Shown here: in pieces, positions 50,101-64,000 of the stretch
How positions within the stretch are numbered: position 1 is the stretch's first letter
Layout of the letters: every line of letters starts with the position of its first letter
Assembly: GCA_021613535.1 (NCBI GenBank)
Contig: CP075493.1
Location: forward strand, 7,378,001 to 7,442,000
DNA: 64,000 nt
DNA from: Adineta vaga
Lineage: Eukaryota > Animalia > Rotifera
Reading direction: 5' to 3'
Made by a program: the position numbers and the translations under genes
Notes under the pieces: generated by a model
Told to the model about the DNA's origin: nothing
The model's database searches: none
What the model saw: the letters and a program-made list of their open reading frames with translations, nothing else

Positions 50101-51104
50101 CAAAAAGAAAAAAAATCGCCACAGTTAACCGTAGTAACTCATTGTTTTTACGAGTGAAACAAACGCAATGAGAATATACTCAATACATCAGATATACTTG
50201 CCTACAATCTAATTGTGCCTGCATACTGTTCTTTGTCGTTAGTAAACCATTGCATCAATGTTCATAGCCTTGTATTTAAGATACGATGAGATAAAGGACG
50301 CACTTGTAACGATCGTATGTACACTTGCCTTCGCATACGGGTGGGTTTATTTTATTTTTTTGAATGTCATGTTCTTTATTCAATTGCATGAAATTGCGCT
50401 CTGTGTGCATCACCGATGTAATCGAAGCGATGTATAGATTTTAGGCAAAGATTGTTTAGTTATATGAATAGCAATCGCGCATGGTTGGTTTGTGCGCCGA
50501 GAATTGAAATAAAATGAAGATGAGTATCCTAACACGCCAATCGTTTTTAGTATTATACAAAAAGTAATATAATATTGCTATGCAATGGTCTTATCGTATG
50601 GATAGTGTTGAACTCTCCATGTTTAATTACAAGATGTAGCAAATATACGATATATTTAGAAATGCACTCTAAAATGTTCCCAATATGACAATCTATGAGT
50701 ACTTTACAGGTCATAGATGGAACTACATGCATGCTGCTGTATGCTGTTTATCATGGCTCATAGAGGGCGTACAGATCGAATCTATAATTTGCATTATGTT
50801 ATTCTTTTTTTTTGCCAAAGCAAAGTTTGCTCTTATTTTACAAATGAATAATTAATATTTCTCTATTGGCTAGCTGATAATCATACGAAGGTAAAGTACT
50901 TGTTCAAGCAAGCGCTGCTAGTAAGCACAATTAAGCAATGTTCTAACGACTCAAAGCTTTGCAGTTAAAAAGCTTAATAGATATATAGACGACCATATAG
51001 TTTATAGTGTCTCTAGAGATATAATCAAAAGCTAGACATCAGATAACTAGTATTAGTATGACTGTGAAACAGGCAAGTCACATCATGTACCAGTATCCTC
51101 CCAT

Positions 51105-51685
51105 ATCTGATTGGTCAGATTTTATATCCGAGCAAGCATGACTATTGGTCGATACAATTTGAAGGAAGCGTTTCAAGCGTTCAGTCTCATTGGTTAAAGG
51201 GAAGAGGACATAGTAATTACTAAGCTTTTAAGCGATTCTGATCCAATGAAAAAGTCAAAGTGAAAAATCGGGCGACATAGTATATTCTCTGTTATTTTGA
51301 CCTATAGAACAGAACAGTGAATAGGCGATGAAAACGTTTTGTCATATAGTTATAATATTAAATCCATTAAAAGGATGAATATAACGTGTTAACACGGTGA
51401 ACAAAAAGTTTCTACTGTAGATAGGCGGTTGGCAGCTGCGGTTCTGACTGCGAACTATACCTTGTGAAAAATGAACCTATAAAAACTGTAATTAGATTCA
51501 GCTGTTTCTTTCGTTCAGAAAATATCCGATTTTTATGACAAATGTTTTTACAAGCTTTTGTTGTAAATATCATTCGGAAAAATATAACAAATTTCATATA
51601 CTTTAACAAAGTGTTTGCTTAATTTATGGATGACGTCAATGGTAAAGTTCTGAAATATTTGACAATTACACAATGACGTCACGAA
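51105..51685. promoter_or_regulatory. Cluster of 4 CCAAT boxes and 2 perfect CRE (TGACGTCA) sites in a gene-free region
   Basis: ATTGG at about 51110, 51144 and 51189, CCAAT at about 51243, and TGACGTCA at 51631 and 51674. Confidence 0.45.
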
Positions 51686-54538
51686 AAAGTGACACAATAA
51701 TGCATTCACACAAAATAAATGCTAACGCGCGCATCCATATACAATATTAAATTTTATTTTCTGACAAGCAAGTGACTGATTATAATGGAAATGTTTTTTC
51801 TTCCTGACACTTTTTATTCTCCATTAGGTTGCCGTCAAAAATCTAATTCAAAAACCTCTCATAATGCTAAATATTTATGTGGATCTACTCACTAAGCAAA
51901 AGTTGTATGATTAATTTCATTTTTATCATAAACATGACTTGGCCACAGACCAACCAGCATTCACGATGAAGTTTTTGTTATGAATTGTGACAATATCTTT
52001 AAAAAAAACTATTCACTATACTTTGCAATTGACGCAGTACGTTTTGTTAAACAGCGTAACCACCAAGAATGATATTATACGGTCTACAGAAAACTTACGT
52101 ATATGTGGGAGGCATATTCATGATTTTGAATTTCATTATTCACTGAACAGTAGGCTATGCCAGTTACGCCTCCTCTCAAGTTGACTTACAACAAAAAGTG
52201 AAGTTACATGTTTCAATATTAGTTCGCGGAAATGGGTTCGAAGAAATACGGCACAGTCTGTTTATTTCATTTGATGACAAAATCAATTTGGGCCGATCTA
52301 AATTCCATTTCTATGACACTTTATATGTACTAACGAATCAAATCGCATCTGATCCACTGTATAAATATGAAGCGATTCGCAGCCTATTGTACCTAGTCTA
52401 GGATTATGAAAATAGATTTTTCTCAGCTACCAAAGTGCATTATCGACATGATATAGCATGTGAAACAATGATTTCAAACTTAATCGGATTCTATTTCCTT
52501 TTGACTAAAAACAATCATTTTAATTAGACCTATGGTCACATTCCGAATTAGCTGCAAGTTATCAGAACTATCTCACTTTACAATTGAAAAAGAAATATGA
52601 AGACTTACTATAGATATTTTTGGTACAATTTCTTCGATATGTATAATGTGAAACACAAGTAGAAATTTTTCGTGCGTGTATCGAAGCAATTGCGCAGACT
52701 GTTCTCATACAATGTATTTAAAGTTTAAAACATTTATTCATATTAAAACGAAAGAAATACTTTTTGAAAGCATGCATTTGATTCTATCACCGTGCGTACA
52801 TATATTTCTATGCACACAAATGACGTCGCACACGAATACACTTTTTCTAACTCGTAACAATGTCAAGCATGAAAGAAAAAAATGTATAGAATAAAAAAAG
52901 AAGCGTGAAACTATGTCTACTATTTCTATATTTATTTGATGATATAGACAACATAGGTACTTATGGAGTCATGTGGCTCACACATGCAACGAATAACTGT
53001 GAGAATTTAAATAGCCTTATCTTTTCCATTATTAACATATCAAATAAACAAAAAGAACAACAGTTTTTCTACTGATATTTCAAAAGAATATTATTCTAAA
53101 TAAATATTTGTTGATAACGATAATTTTAAAAACTACGATAACACTTTTGAATCTAATTGAAAAGATAGGCATGCGAATTAATTTGAAATAACATAAATAA
53201 ACGATGAAATCAAAGTGCGTTTCTTACTCGTATGTACTTCTTATCAGTTATAACACTTTTCGTGCGAAAGATGCCACTGCGTACAAACGGTTATATGCGT
53301 AGAAACTAACAATTGTCTTTTTTCACCTTGATGTACAAAGGTAATCAAAGAGAAAAAGTAAAAAGTAAACAGAAGTAACTTATAACTGTGTCTCGATGTG
53401 TATAAGTGATCAAGAGAAGAAAAATAAGTTCTTCAAGTTTTAAAATATTCTTTCTGGCCGGTACAAAGAAAGCTTTTATATTTATGATAGAGAAAAGCAA
53501 TACATTTTTGAATAAATCAACATATACATTAGTACATTGTTGAAAAGAATACAAAGTATATATTGGCAATACGTACTGCAATATTTCTTGCTGACACGTT
53601 GATTTCAGGGACTGTCTATCTATCATACAATATCCTTCATTTGTCAGCACATTTGATTCTACCTGTCTTTTACGAACGTGTGTATTTAGTTATCATTGAT
53701 GGGTTGTCATGAATGTCTACTTGTGTCATTTTCAGATTATCTCTATAATGAGCTAGTTTCTCTTTTGCTTCCTTCTAGATCTAGAGGTAGAAAAAAATGT
53801 ATTTATGAGATAAATATCACTGAATACATCACCCGAATTTTGAATTGGTCAATGCATTGATGACATATGATTTGATAGACTCCATTGCTTCTCTTATCGT
53901 TGGTGACATTTAAAACTTTAGCTTACTGTCATTTATTATGCAAATGGTTGGTATGGCTAGATGAAAAGTACAAAAGCAACTCGTCGGTAATCTTAGCATG
54001 CAATCAAATGTCTAAAGAATCGGTATTGATGAAAATCGCTGTAAGAGAAGAAATAGCTCTGTCTTGAAGGTCATACAGCACGTATCAAGATATTATGTGT
54101 CGTATATATGATAAAGTAATTAAATAATCTCGTATGAGGTATAGAATATATGGATATCATATTTTATAGTAAGGTAAACAATCTTTGACAAATGCGAATC
54201 TCTACAAACTAAAACAAATACATACTGTGATAATTCCTTTTATAAAAATAACAATGTAGACGTAGGAAGACAGAAATGTTATTTTTTCACATACTGTGTG
54301 TCGTTTTAAACAAATAGTTCTTGTTGCTTCTATGTAAAGCAAAAAAAGTGACAAAGTTATTACTAAAATGACTTTACTTTTCTAACATGTCGTATTTTGC
54401 ATATGAGTGAAAGTCGCTGCGAAGCGCTTTTCGCAATGAGATTTCTGCGAAAAAAAGTCGAGAGAAATGATTTTACGCTGAATATGAGCATTGCATTTCG
54501 AGAAATACTACTGTTTGAAGACGAGAGAAGATACAGTT

Positions 54539-56112
54539 TTAAACATAATCTCTATTTCTAGACAATGAATGATAGGTGTGCGTCGTATTTATGGGTGAAT
54601 CGATAAGAATTGATTGATTGACTAAATATCGATAAATAAAATAAGCGAACATAGTAAAGAGAAGACAAAATGATAAACAAATAGCTAATAAAGATATATA
54701 GTAAACAGCAATGCCAAATTTTCGCGATAGATGTCGATCTTGTTGACCACATGCCGACCAAATACTTAGAATCATGGCAAATATGCCTGAAATAAACATA
54801 TAAAAATCAAAGATAAACAAATATTAATCGACTATAATTATATAGCATTCATATTCGTACAAATTATAAGATGTTGTGCGTGTTGTTATTGAATTCATCT
54901 GGAATTGGAGGGAACAAAAATTTCAAGGATCTAAACTTACTTACCAATGGGTGGAAATATCAGCAGTGCAAATAGTGCAAGACCAATATGTGAATCAATG
55001 GGACGTTCTTGTTCAACATAACGTTGTTCTTCTGCTAAAGTTGCTCGATTATTATTTCTATTAGTCATTAGTGTTTGACCGGATTCAAGTACTACAAGAA
55101 ACATATTGTGAAAATCTATTTCTAATCAATAAATATTACGAAAAACTCTCGAATCAGTGTGTTGTAACTTTTGTTGCCAAATGCAATTTATAATCGATGG
55201 TAATTTACTCATTGTCTTTTGCCAAATATCAAATAAACTCCATCGATGGTGAAGCATTCTCCTTCTAAGATTCGTTCCATGTGAGAGCAGATGATAATTG
55301 TCGTTCTTTTCATCAGAACTAATACTTTCTGTCGATGAATCATTTTCCATTTCGCTAACACATGAATACAAAGATTGAACACTGCATTTTGCATATTGAT
55401 ATTGATCGAAAATATGTGCACTTTCAATAGGATTATTATTTAGAGAGAGATCTTGTATTTTGATTGGTAATGGAGATGAATATGATTTCGATATAGGTTT
55501 GGTATAATTCATTGATAATGATTGATGATACTTGACTTCAATAATTGCTGCGTCATGTTGTTGATTGTGTTGAAATAGTGATTGTAAAGATATTTTGTCG
55601 TGATAGGATGATGATGGATGATGAATAGGTGAATTTTCTTTCATTGAACAACACTTTGATTTTGTCGTATGATTAATGACTTTCGACGGTGTACTCATTG
55701 ATGAATGAATAGTTTGACTGACTCGAGCACTTGGAGCTAATATATCTGAATGATTAACCCGTTTAGTTTTCAACAATAATTGATCGCCATATGATTTTAT
55801 TGACATAGACGATATATCATCTGCTGATCGTGTCATTAATAAGCGTTTATTAGCACGAAATAATGCTTGATATTGATCACTATATAAATTAAATAAAGTT
55901 ATCTCTGATTTGTTATACGTCGTTTTTAATGTATCGATAAATTCTATTGGATGATCTTCAGTATACGATGATGACAGCGGAGATAATTTCATAGTTGATT
56001 GCTTTTTCTTCCTAAACCATGTAAGTTTAGTTAAGAAAGGTAAACGAAAACGTCTCCTAGAGTTATTCATACTATTTGCAAAGTTACGGTTTGATTTTCG
56101 ATTAAATTTCAT
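54539..56112 (-). CDS. CD225/dispanin (IFITM/PRRT-like) domain protein with long disordered N-terminus; 5' structure uncertain
   Basis: Exon 55101-54945 plus exon 54787-54539 encode PIDSHIGLALFALLIFPPIG|IFAMILS..SRKFGIAVYYISLLAICLSF, the dispanin two-hydrophobic-segment pattern. It can join the 328-aa ORF through a phase-1 donor at 55208 or 55139. Confidence 0.65.
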
Positions 56113-58623
56113 TGTTTGATTTTTTGTAGTAAGTAATAAAAAGCGCGACTCTATCTCATATGAGTATTCATTCCATACTAATCTATACTTATAAATGTGA
56201 CAACATTCGATTGTATTAATAACATGTTGTCACTCGGAATTTTGTTTTTGAGTGTCAGTGTATGTCATTATTATTGAGGTTAATGAAAAGATATTAGATG
56301 ACTGTAACACATAAGAATATTTTTCCAGCCTGTCTGTCAGTAATAGTAAGTGAAATCAAATTGCACTTTATTTCATTTTTTGTGTCACTATTTATTTAAA
56401 ATATTACTCATCGGAAAACTTGTTTTTACACTACTTATTATTGCATGTCATAAAAAAAATGTTTTTATAGGTGGCTACTGCAAGATCTCGAATATGACAC
56501 ATCGATGTTTAGTATTACTTTTATACTATGCAAAATGAAATATTATGTTAATGAAGATTTTACCTAACTTGATAGAAAGTATTTGTTTTGGATAACCATC
56601 GAATTATTGATTGTGACGATTTCTGACTCCAGAGATGAGAACTAGTATGTGTATACTTTTATTTCATCCAAAGCAATTTCTTATATAGTTCTCGGAAGAT
56701 ACAGTGTCACGCTACAGAAAAATATCAAACTCTATAGATAATATCTAAAATCAAAATCTATGTCAAGGACGAGGGTGGAACTATCATATGAATATCACAC
56801 TATATGAAATATACGAGAAGAGAGAAAAGATAAGCGTATCAATATCCCTATAGGGTATATAAAATAAGAGACTTATATCTAACTGTAAACAGAGAGGAGA
56901 AAAGCAGAAGATAGTTGATTAGTTTGTCAACGTAAGAGGAAAAGTGAAGAAAAAAAGTGAAGTGTACAATCATTCAGATTGTCACATTAATATCTGCATT
57001 TTTAAAGTAGTTTTATTCTATACATGTATTGTAACTATCTCTCTATAACCGACTCGTAGTGAATCTGTTCAGTTTTTGACAAGGTGATCTGTTTGCTGTA
57101 TATTGGATTATACGTTCCGCTTCTCGAAACAATTCAATTGAGGTTATTTATCTAATTATAGAACTATGTATAGCAAAGAAGAAAGAAGTAAAAACTGGAT
57201 TTTGCTTCGATGTATACGTCAATTACTAAGCCGTGTAATCACTCGTTTCCTCAACGTAGTAGTGTTGTAAGCATTGCACGATTACATCTATGTTCGAGTT
57301 ATTTGGTGAGAGTATAAAATAATCTTATACTGACACGAACACAGACATTTGAACCCTTGATCATGTAAGAAAACTTTTATTCAACATATGAAATGAGAAA
57401 TTTTTGTATTAAACAATATTTCCTGAGGAACAATACTCCAACGATAATTCATTGATGATCAAGTCCATAGAAATTGTTATTGACAATATGACGAATGCAT
57501 TGAAGTACCATATTACGTTCACGACGAATATCCGATGCTAAAAGCTATCAAAAAAATAACCTTTCAGTAGATAACTTATCTCAAACATTATTTACACGTT
57601 CTAGTAATGTTGCATTCGTGTTATTAGTTAAAGTTGTTGTAATCACCGATGTTGATGTTGTACCAGTCTATATAAATACAAAATAATTCTTAATCTTATT
57701 ATATCGACAAATAAATTATCAAAGCATACATCGATATTTCGATTCGGTATAGTTTTTCGTTCTTTCATTCGTCTAGTTAAATAAAATATAACATTTAATA
57801 ACCAAAGTTTCGAATGTGTTGTCTTTACATACCCAAATTGACGTGTTTCTAATATATCACCACGTTCTTGCCGTTCTTCTTCGGATTTCATTTTCTTATT
57901 GATATTATCTGCTGTTGGATAGTTTCTACAAACTTGAACATGTTTTCACAAAACTTCGATAGTAAAATTTCGTTATACTTTCTACGTTCAGCAATATATC
58001 GAGCTGTTTCATCTGCTGAAACACTTTCACTTGTTTGATTCGATACATTGATTTTATGTGTCTAAATATTTCGTATTTAGTAATAAACTATCATAAAGAT
58101 AACATACTGGCATGTGACTACGTAGATGTTCATGATAAGCTTTTTGATTCGAAAAACTCAAGCTACATCTCGTACACGGAATAACATGACGATTTAGGCT
58201 CTGCTGTTGTTGATTCTATAGAAAGATCAACTGAAAATAGTTTTTCTTTTATTCGTTGAATGATCTTGTGTTACTTTTGAAGTAGACATAATAAACTGAT
58301 TTTGAAATTCACACTCAACGAACAAATACAAAAGTATATCAATCTGTCTGACTCATCTATTAATCATTTATTCGTTCGTAAACGAACGATGATTCAATAT
58401 CTTCTTACTTAATTTCGTGATTCTTTTGCTTTTTTTTCTCACATATTGATTGGATTTCTGATAAACTTTATTATTTGTCGCTAGTATCGTTCAAGATACC
58501 TTTCATTGGATGATGAGAAATTACACCTTCAATGTTCTTTCTTTCGTTTTTCTGCATTCTTTTTTTTTCCTAATAATTTCAAAACAACTGTATCCTTCGA
58601 TATTGTTTGTAGATCGACACAAG

Positions 58624-61600
58624 ATGGAATGGTTACCATATCTACTTGTGTTTGTACTAATTCATTTCAGTTCAGCAGCAATTCGTATGAGTCAACCGAA
58701 GATATTATTACCATTTCATCCACGTATTGAAACAAATTTCACATTAGAAGCGACTGATGGTTGTTTTCTTTGGTCATCATCACGTCCTGATCTTGTTCGA
58801 ATTGAACCGGTGGAACCTTTTTCAATAAAAAATGGTGAAAAATGCTCATTACATGCCAATGTTATTGCACATACAAAACAATATCTACGTGCAAGTGCGA
58901 CAGTCTATGCGCGAGATATTCTCACTGGACAATCAGTTCGATGTGATGTTATCATTGATAAAATTCAAACCATTGAAATTGTTTATACAACAACACGATT
59001 ATATTTAGAAGATGCACCAGAATTATTCAAATTACGTGCACATGATCAACATGGTTCAACATTTTCATCAATTGAACATTTTCCATATGAATGGCGTCTT
59101 TTAAATGCTGCTGTTGTCGATGATCAAAGTATATATATAGATATATGACACGCATTTTCTTATTATTTTTTTTAAAATATTTTTCTAGGTTTAAAAAAGA
59201 CTACTAGTGGAACACTCGATGCAACAAAAGTCATTCGTATTCTTCGTTTAACTGATTCATCGTATGAAATGAGTGAAACAGTTCGAAATCTTGAATCTCA
59301 TGGTTCATTATCTTATGAAATTCTTCTCGAAGGTCTTCGTACAGGCTCAGCATTTGTTCAAGCTGAAATTATCGATAGTGATCTCTATCATGGTATTCGT
59401 ACGAAACCTGTTCGATTATCTGTGTCAGCCAATGTTCAATTTCATCCGTCAACTGATGTTTATTTACTTCCTTATTCACGTTTACCATTTCGACTCTATC
59501 AAATAAAACGACAAGAATCAACTGATATTACTGATTTACCATCGACACGAATTCTCTATGAAGTTAAATTACTCAATAATGATGCTGGTACATTAGATGA
59601 TCAAACATTGATATTTACAGCAACAGATCATGCTGATGAACAATCACGTTTAGAATTAATTGATCGAAATATGAAAGCAATTGATAATGATACATATGAA
59701 CCTACATCATTAATGATACGTATTGTTAATATTGGTTATCTATCAGCAATAACTAATTCGACACGACCATGGATATTTCAAGTTGGTTCAAATTATTTGA
59801 TTACAGTCGAAATGTTTGATGTGAACGGAAGAAAAATTTATCCAACAGATAATTTAGATTTATCAGCATCAATTCCCAATGAATTACATAAAACTTGTTT
59901 ACAATTAAAACCTTTGTATCAAAATGGTACACAATATATTCTTCAACCTAATTGTCAAGGAAGATTTGAATTAGAATTTCATCTAAATGGAATGAAATAT
60001 AAAGATGTAATTGAAATGCCAATTACTGCTTCAACAAAACAATGGTTTGAAGTTTATTTACCATTGAGTGCACAACCAAAACGAGTACTTCTACCTGAAA
60101 AAACGACGACTAGAGAACATAAAACACCCTACTGTCCAATCAAAGTTCTCGGTGGAAGTGGAGATTATACATTCACATCGAGAGATACAAGTGTTGGTAA
60201 GTTTCTGAAGATATTCAATTGTCTTTTGTTTCATTAAATTTTGTGTTTTCTAGTGACTGTTTCTTCAACCGGTGATTTAATGGAACAAGCTTCCTTGAAT
60301 ACGACAACAATCGATATTTTTGATAAGAAATCTCCTGAATTAAATGCAACAGTTTCTGTTCAAGTTGTTCAACCTGATGAATTTCATTTATTTCCATGTC
60401 CAGTTGAAACAGAATTAAATTCTTTACTTTATCTTCCAATACAATTATTCTACAAAAAACAATCGTTAACCTGTTGTTCACATCTTGATTTCGATGTTTT
60501 TATTGATAATAATATATTTCAATATCAAGGTATTATTCCATCCGATGAACATACAAATCGATCATGTGCATTACTTGTATTTAAACCATTAAAAACTGGC
60601 TTAACAAATATTCGAGTTCATCTCAAGAAATTCAATCTTCAACAATCGATTCTTTTAACTGCTTATGAACATTTACATATAAATCGTCATCGGTTACTTT
60701 TAACAACAAAATCTCAATATACGATTCAATTATCTCAAGGTCCAATTCATTTTCATGATCAAGAATCAATTAAATATGAAATCACACCATCCGATAATCA
60801 TATAGAATTCAGCCAAGATTCATTGAATCCGAATCTTCTACATATTAAATGTCTTCATTCTATTCAACATGGACAATTTGAAATTTCGAAACAAAATTCA
60901 GTAACTAAACAAAATCTTTGTCCAATTAAATCAACCGTTTCCATTGATATAACATGTCAATCAACTATTCATTCACTTGCACTTGAACCTATTCTTGATT
61001 CTCAATGCCCATTAACAACACGTGATTATGTTTTAACTTATTTCGATGAAATTTTACCGGTTAAAATTCTTGCTTATAATGAAAATCAAGTTCTATTTGA
61101 TAATTTTACATCATTGAAACTTGATTGTTCAATAAAATCTTCGGATGATCTTGCTGATCTTCGTCTCAATAATCCATTAGAAATCATTCCAAAACAGAAA
61201 CCAGGCAAAATTTTACTGAAATGTTCGGTTGATAAAATTGAACAACAACTTGAAATTGAATTTATTTCAAATATTCAATTAGTAAATGCCATTAAATTAA
61301 TCTATATCAATGAATCTCTATCACCATTAGAGATTCTCGGTGGATCAGGATATTTTAAATTTCAAACGAATGAATTATCAACAAATCCTATTCTACATCT
61401 CCTTATGTCCGAAGATAATTCACGATTAGTATATCTTAAACCATTAAATTATGGACGAACAACATTAATGATTATTGATCAATGTTTACCATCATCACGA
61501 AAACAACTTGATGTAATCGTAGCGGAACTTGATCATTTGAAAATATCCGGTCGAAGTCGATTAGAAATCAATACAACATCATTAATTTATATTCAAGCAA

Positions 61601-64000
61601 TGGATATGGATGGAAATTTGTTTAATCTAACAAATATTTATCATTTGATTAACGTACAAATTGAACAAAGTCAAAAACCAGAAATTTTATTCATCGAATA
61701 TGAACCAAAATCAAATCCGAATCATCATACTCTAGCCTATCGACTTCATACATTAGATATTGGACGAACTAATCTAAAATTCTCTGCTCTTCATATTAAA
61801 AGTATTTCTATTGAATTTGAAGTTTATCGAAAACTTCGTATTGAACCAAGAGAATTGAATATTTTACCATTATCGACTATTCAATTACGAATTATTGGTG
61901 GTTCACAATTGCCAGGCACAACAGTTGAATGGTCAACGAATGATACCAATATTGTTGATTTAGAAACAAATAATATTTTTAAAACTAAACAAATTGGTCA
62001 AGCTATTGTTCAAGCAAAATCCATTGGCATTGATCCACTTCTCGGACAAGTAAAAGAATTGTAAACTTGAATTATTTTTATTTTTATTTTCATTTTTTTT
62101 AGTCTGTTATTTATGGTGAAGATTCATGTTCAATTAACGTTGTCCAAATTCATTCAATTCGTCTTCATACACCAACAACTGAACTTCTTCCCAATAAATT
62201 TGTTCCATTAACTGTTCTTTCTTATGATCATCGAAAAAGACCAATTGTCGTTACCGATGTTTTTCTTCATTCATTGATATTTACATGGTCTTTATCAAAT
62301 ACTTATCTTGCACAATTTCGTCCAATTATTGGTAATTTATCTTCCTATACGCGAACATTTGTTACCAATATTGAAACATTACGAACTGGTCATGTGAATG
62401 TTGATGTTCGTTTAACAACGAATTCAAAAACATTAAATAAATTATTCTTTAAAAGTTCACATGAATTAACAAACTCAATCGAATTAAATATTCTTGAACC
62501 ATTCTATCTAAATCATTTCGATGAAACACGAACCGTTTTATTAGGACCAAATTCTCGTTTGAATTTATATCATATACCAAATGATATCTCATTAGAATTA
62601 TCATCAACATCGAAAAATATTCAATACGATTCAGATACGAAAACATTATTAACAGATCAACATTCCTATGGTGAAGCAATTTTATATATGAAATATCGTG
62701 GAATAAAACAAGATAAGAAGAGTATTAGTTCATCAATTGTTGGCGCTTATTTAGTACAAGTTAAACCAATACATTATATACTTTTACAAAGTTATTTACC
62801 ACATGAAACTTCGGCATTATTTTCTTCAATACCGGTAGATTATAAACTTCCATTAACTATTTCGTATCATGATGAATTAGGAAGAAGGTAAGATTTATTT
62901 TCTTAAAAAAATATACGAATGTTTTGTTTTTCTCGTTGATTTTAGATTTGATGCAACATCGATTCTTCTTCAAACATTTTCTTATCGCAATGATATGATT
63001 TCATCGAATTTAAATAATACTCAACTCTATGAAATAGTTTCATTAAAGAATGGTTCAAATATACTGGTTTTTGATGGAGGTTTCGAACATTTACGTGCTT
63101 ATTTACCGATACAATCGAATAGTGGTTTTCTTTTACCAAAAACATCGATATCTCCATTGAAACAAACATATTTTATAAATGATATTGTTTGTTTTGAATC
63201 AAATTTAAATAATGATGAAACAAATCGTGATCGATGGACTGGTGATGATGGTATGTATGTCGATTCGAAATATGGTATTGGACAAATGATTATGGATGGT
63301 GAACGTCATTTACATTTGAAAATTGATGGACAAACAATAACAAGTGAACGATTTCATGTTCAAATACCTAATGAAATTAAATTATACAAAGGAACAAATG
63401 ATTTCCTATATGATGGAGAAGAAGGTATGTAATGAAAGAGAAGTTTTATTCAAACAATTTTCTCGTATATTCTTTAGGTAAAGTATATTCCTATCCGGTC
63501 ATTTTTGGTGCTAGTTCGACAACGAATCTACACGGTTCTTGTCATCGTGAAGGACTTGAACATGCACAATCAATTCGTACACTTCGACCAACATATGAAT
63601 GTCATCTTGATTTTATTAACAACACTTCGAAACATCCGAAAGCTTCAGGATTATTCAAAACTCAAGCTATATTCGATCTTGATCTAATGAGTTGGGCATG
63701 TCAAATTATTAGTAAATCTTCTCATGATTCAAGTATTTATGATGATTCATTACGATTAATTGTTCAAACACCATATCAAATAACATCCAATGAATTAATT
63801 ATACCTTATCAACCAAGATTTAAATTATCTTCAACATCATCCATCTATCTTTCAGAAGAACATCCATTTAATTCTATACATATATCAACATTACCAAACA
63901 ATGAAAAATATCTCAAATTAGAATCATCGGATCCGTCAATAGTTCGTGTTAAAAGAATACGACTGATCCATTTTTATACGATATTGAATTACGTCATGGT
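58624..64000 (+). CDS. NUP210: Nuclear pore membrane glycoprotein gp210, truncated by window end
   Basis: Signal peptide, then PKILLPF..NFTLEATDGCFLWSSSRP, RCDVIIDKI, TTRLYLEDAPE, GGSGDY and GGSGYF Ig-like repeat motifs. Confidence 0.92.

Overview
AT-rich eukaryotic (animal) genomic DNA with compact genes and mostly ~50-70 nt GT-AG introns. The style resembles a bdelloid rotifer (inference, not verified). I can support 15 protein-coding genes: a KCNE/SMIM34-like single-pass membrane protein, ANKRD39, FZR1/Cdh1, an FHL-type LIM + Macro + WWE + PARP fusion, SERBP1/HABP4, BRSK/SAD kinase, muscleblind, an MBOAT1/2-type acyltransferase, SmE, ZYG11, GRASP55/65, two uncharacterised genes, a CD225/dispanin-domain gene and the 5' part of NUP210. 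The strongest unexplained signal is a 4 x 187-bp tandem repeat at about 8062-8814. On the minus strand each unit carries a canonical box C/D snoRNA (C-D'-C'-D boxes, terminal stem, 13-nt guide complementary to the conserved LSU rRNA segment CUGUUGAGCUUGA). A fifth, structured orphan C/D candidate follows it. The cluster does not look intronic and abuts the SERBP1 3' UTR in the same orientation. Other highlights are the LIM-PARP architecture, tightly packed same-strand gene runs with apparently unpaired splice acceptors (possible SL-trans-spliced operons), CTCF-like motifs at intergenic boundaries, and YGCY-flanked alternative exons. All calls were made by eye with no database searches, and exon boundaries are manual predictions.
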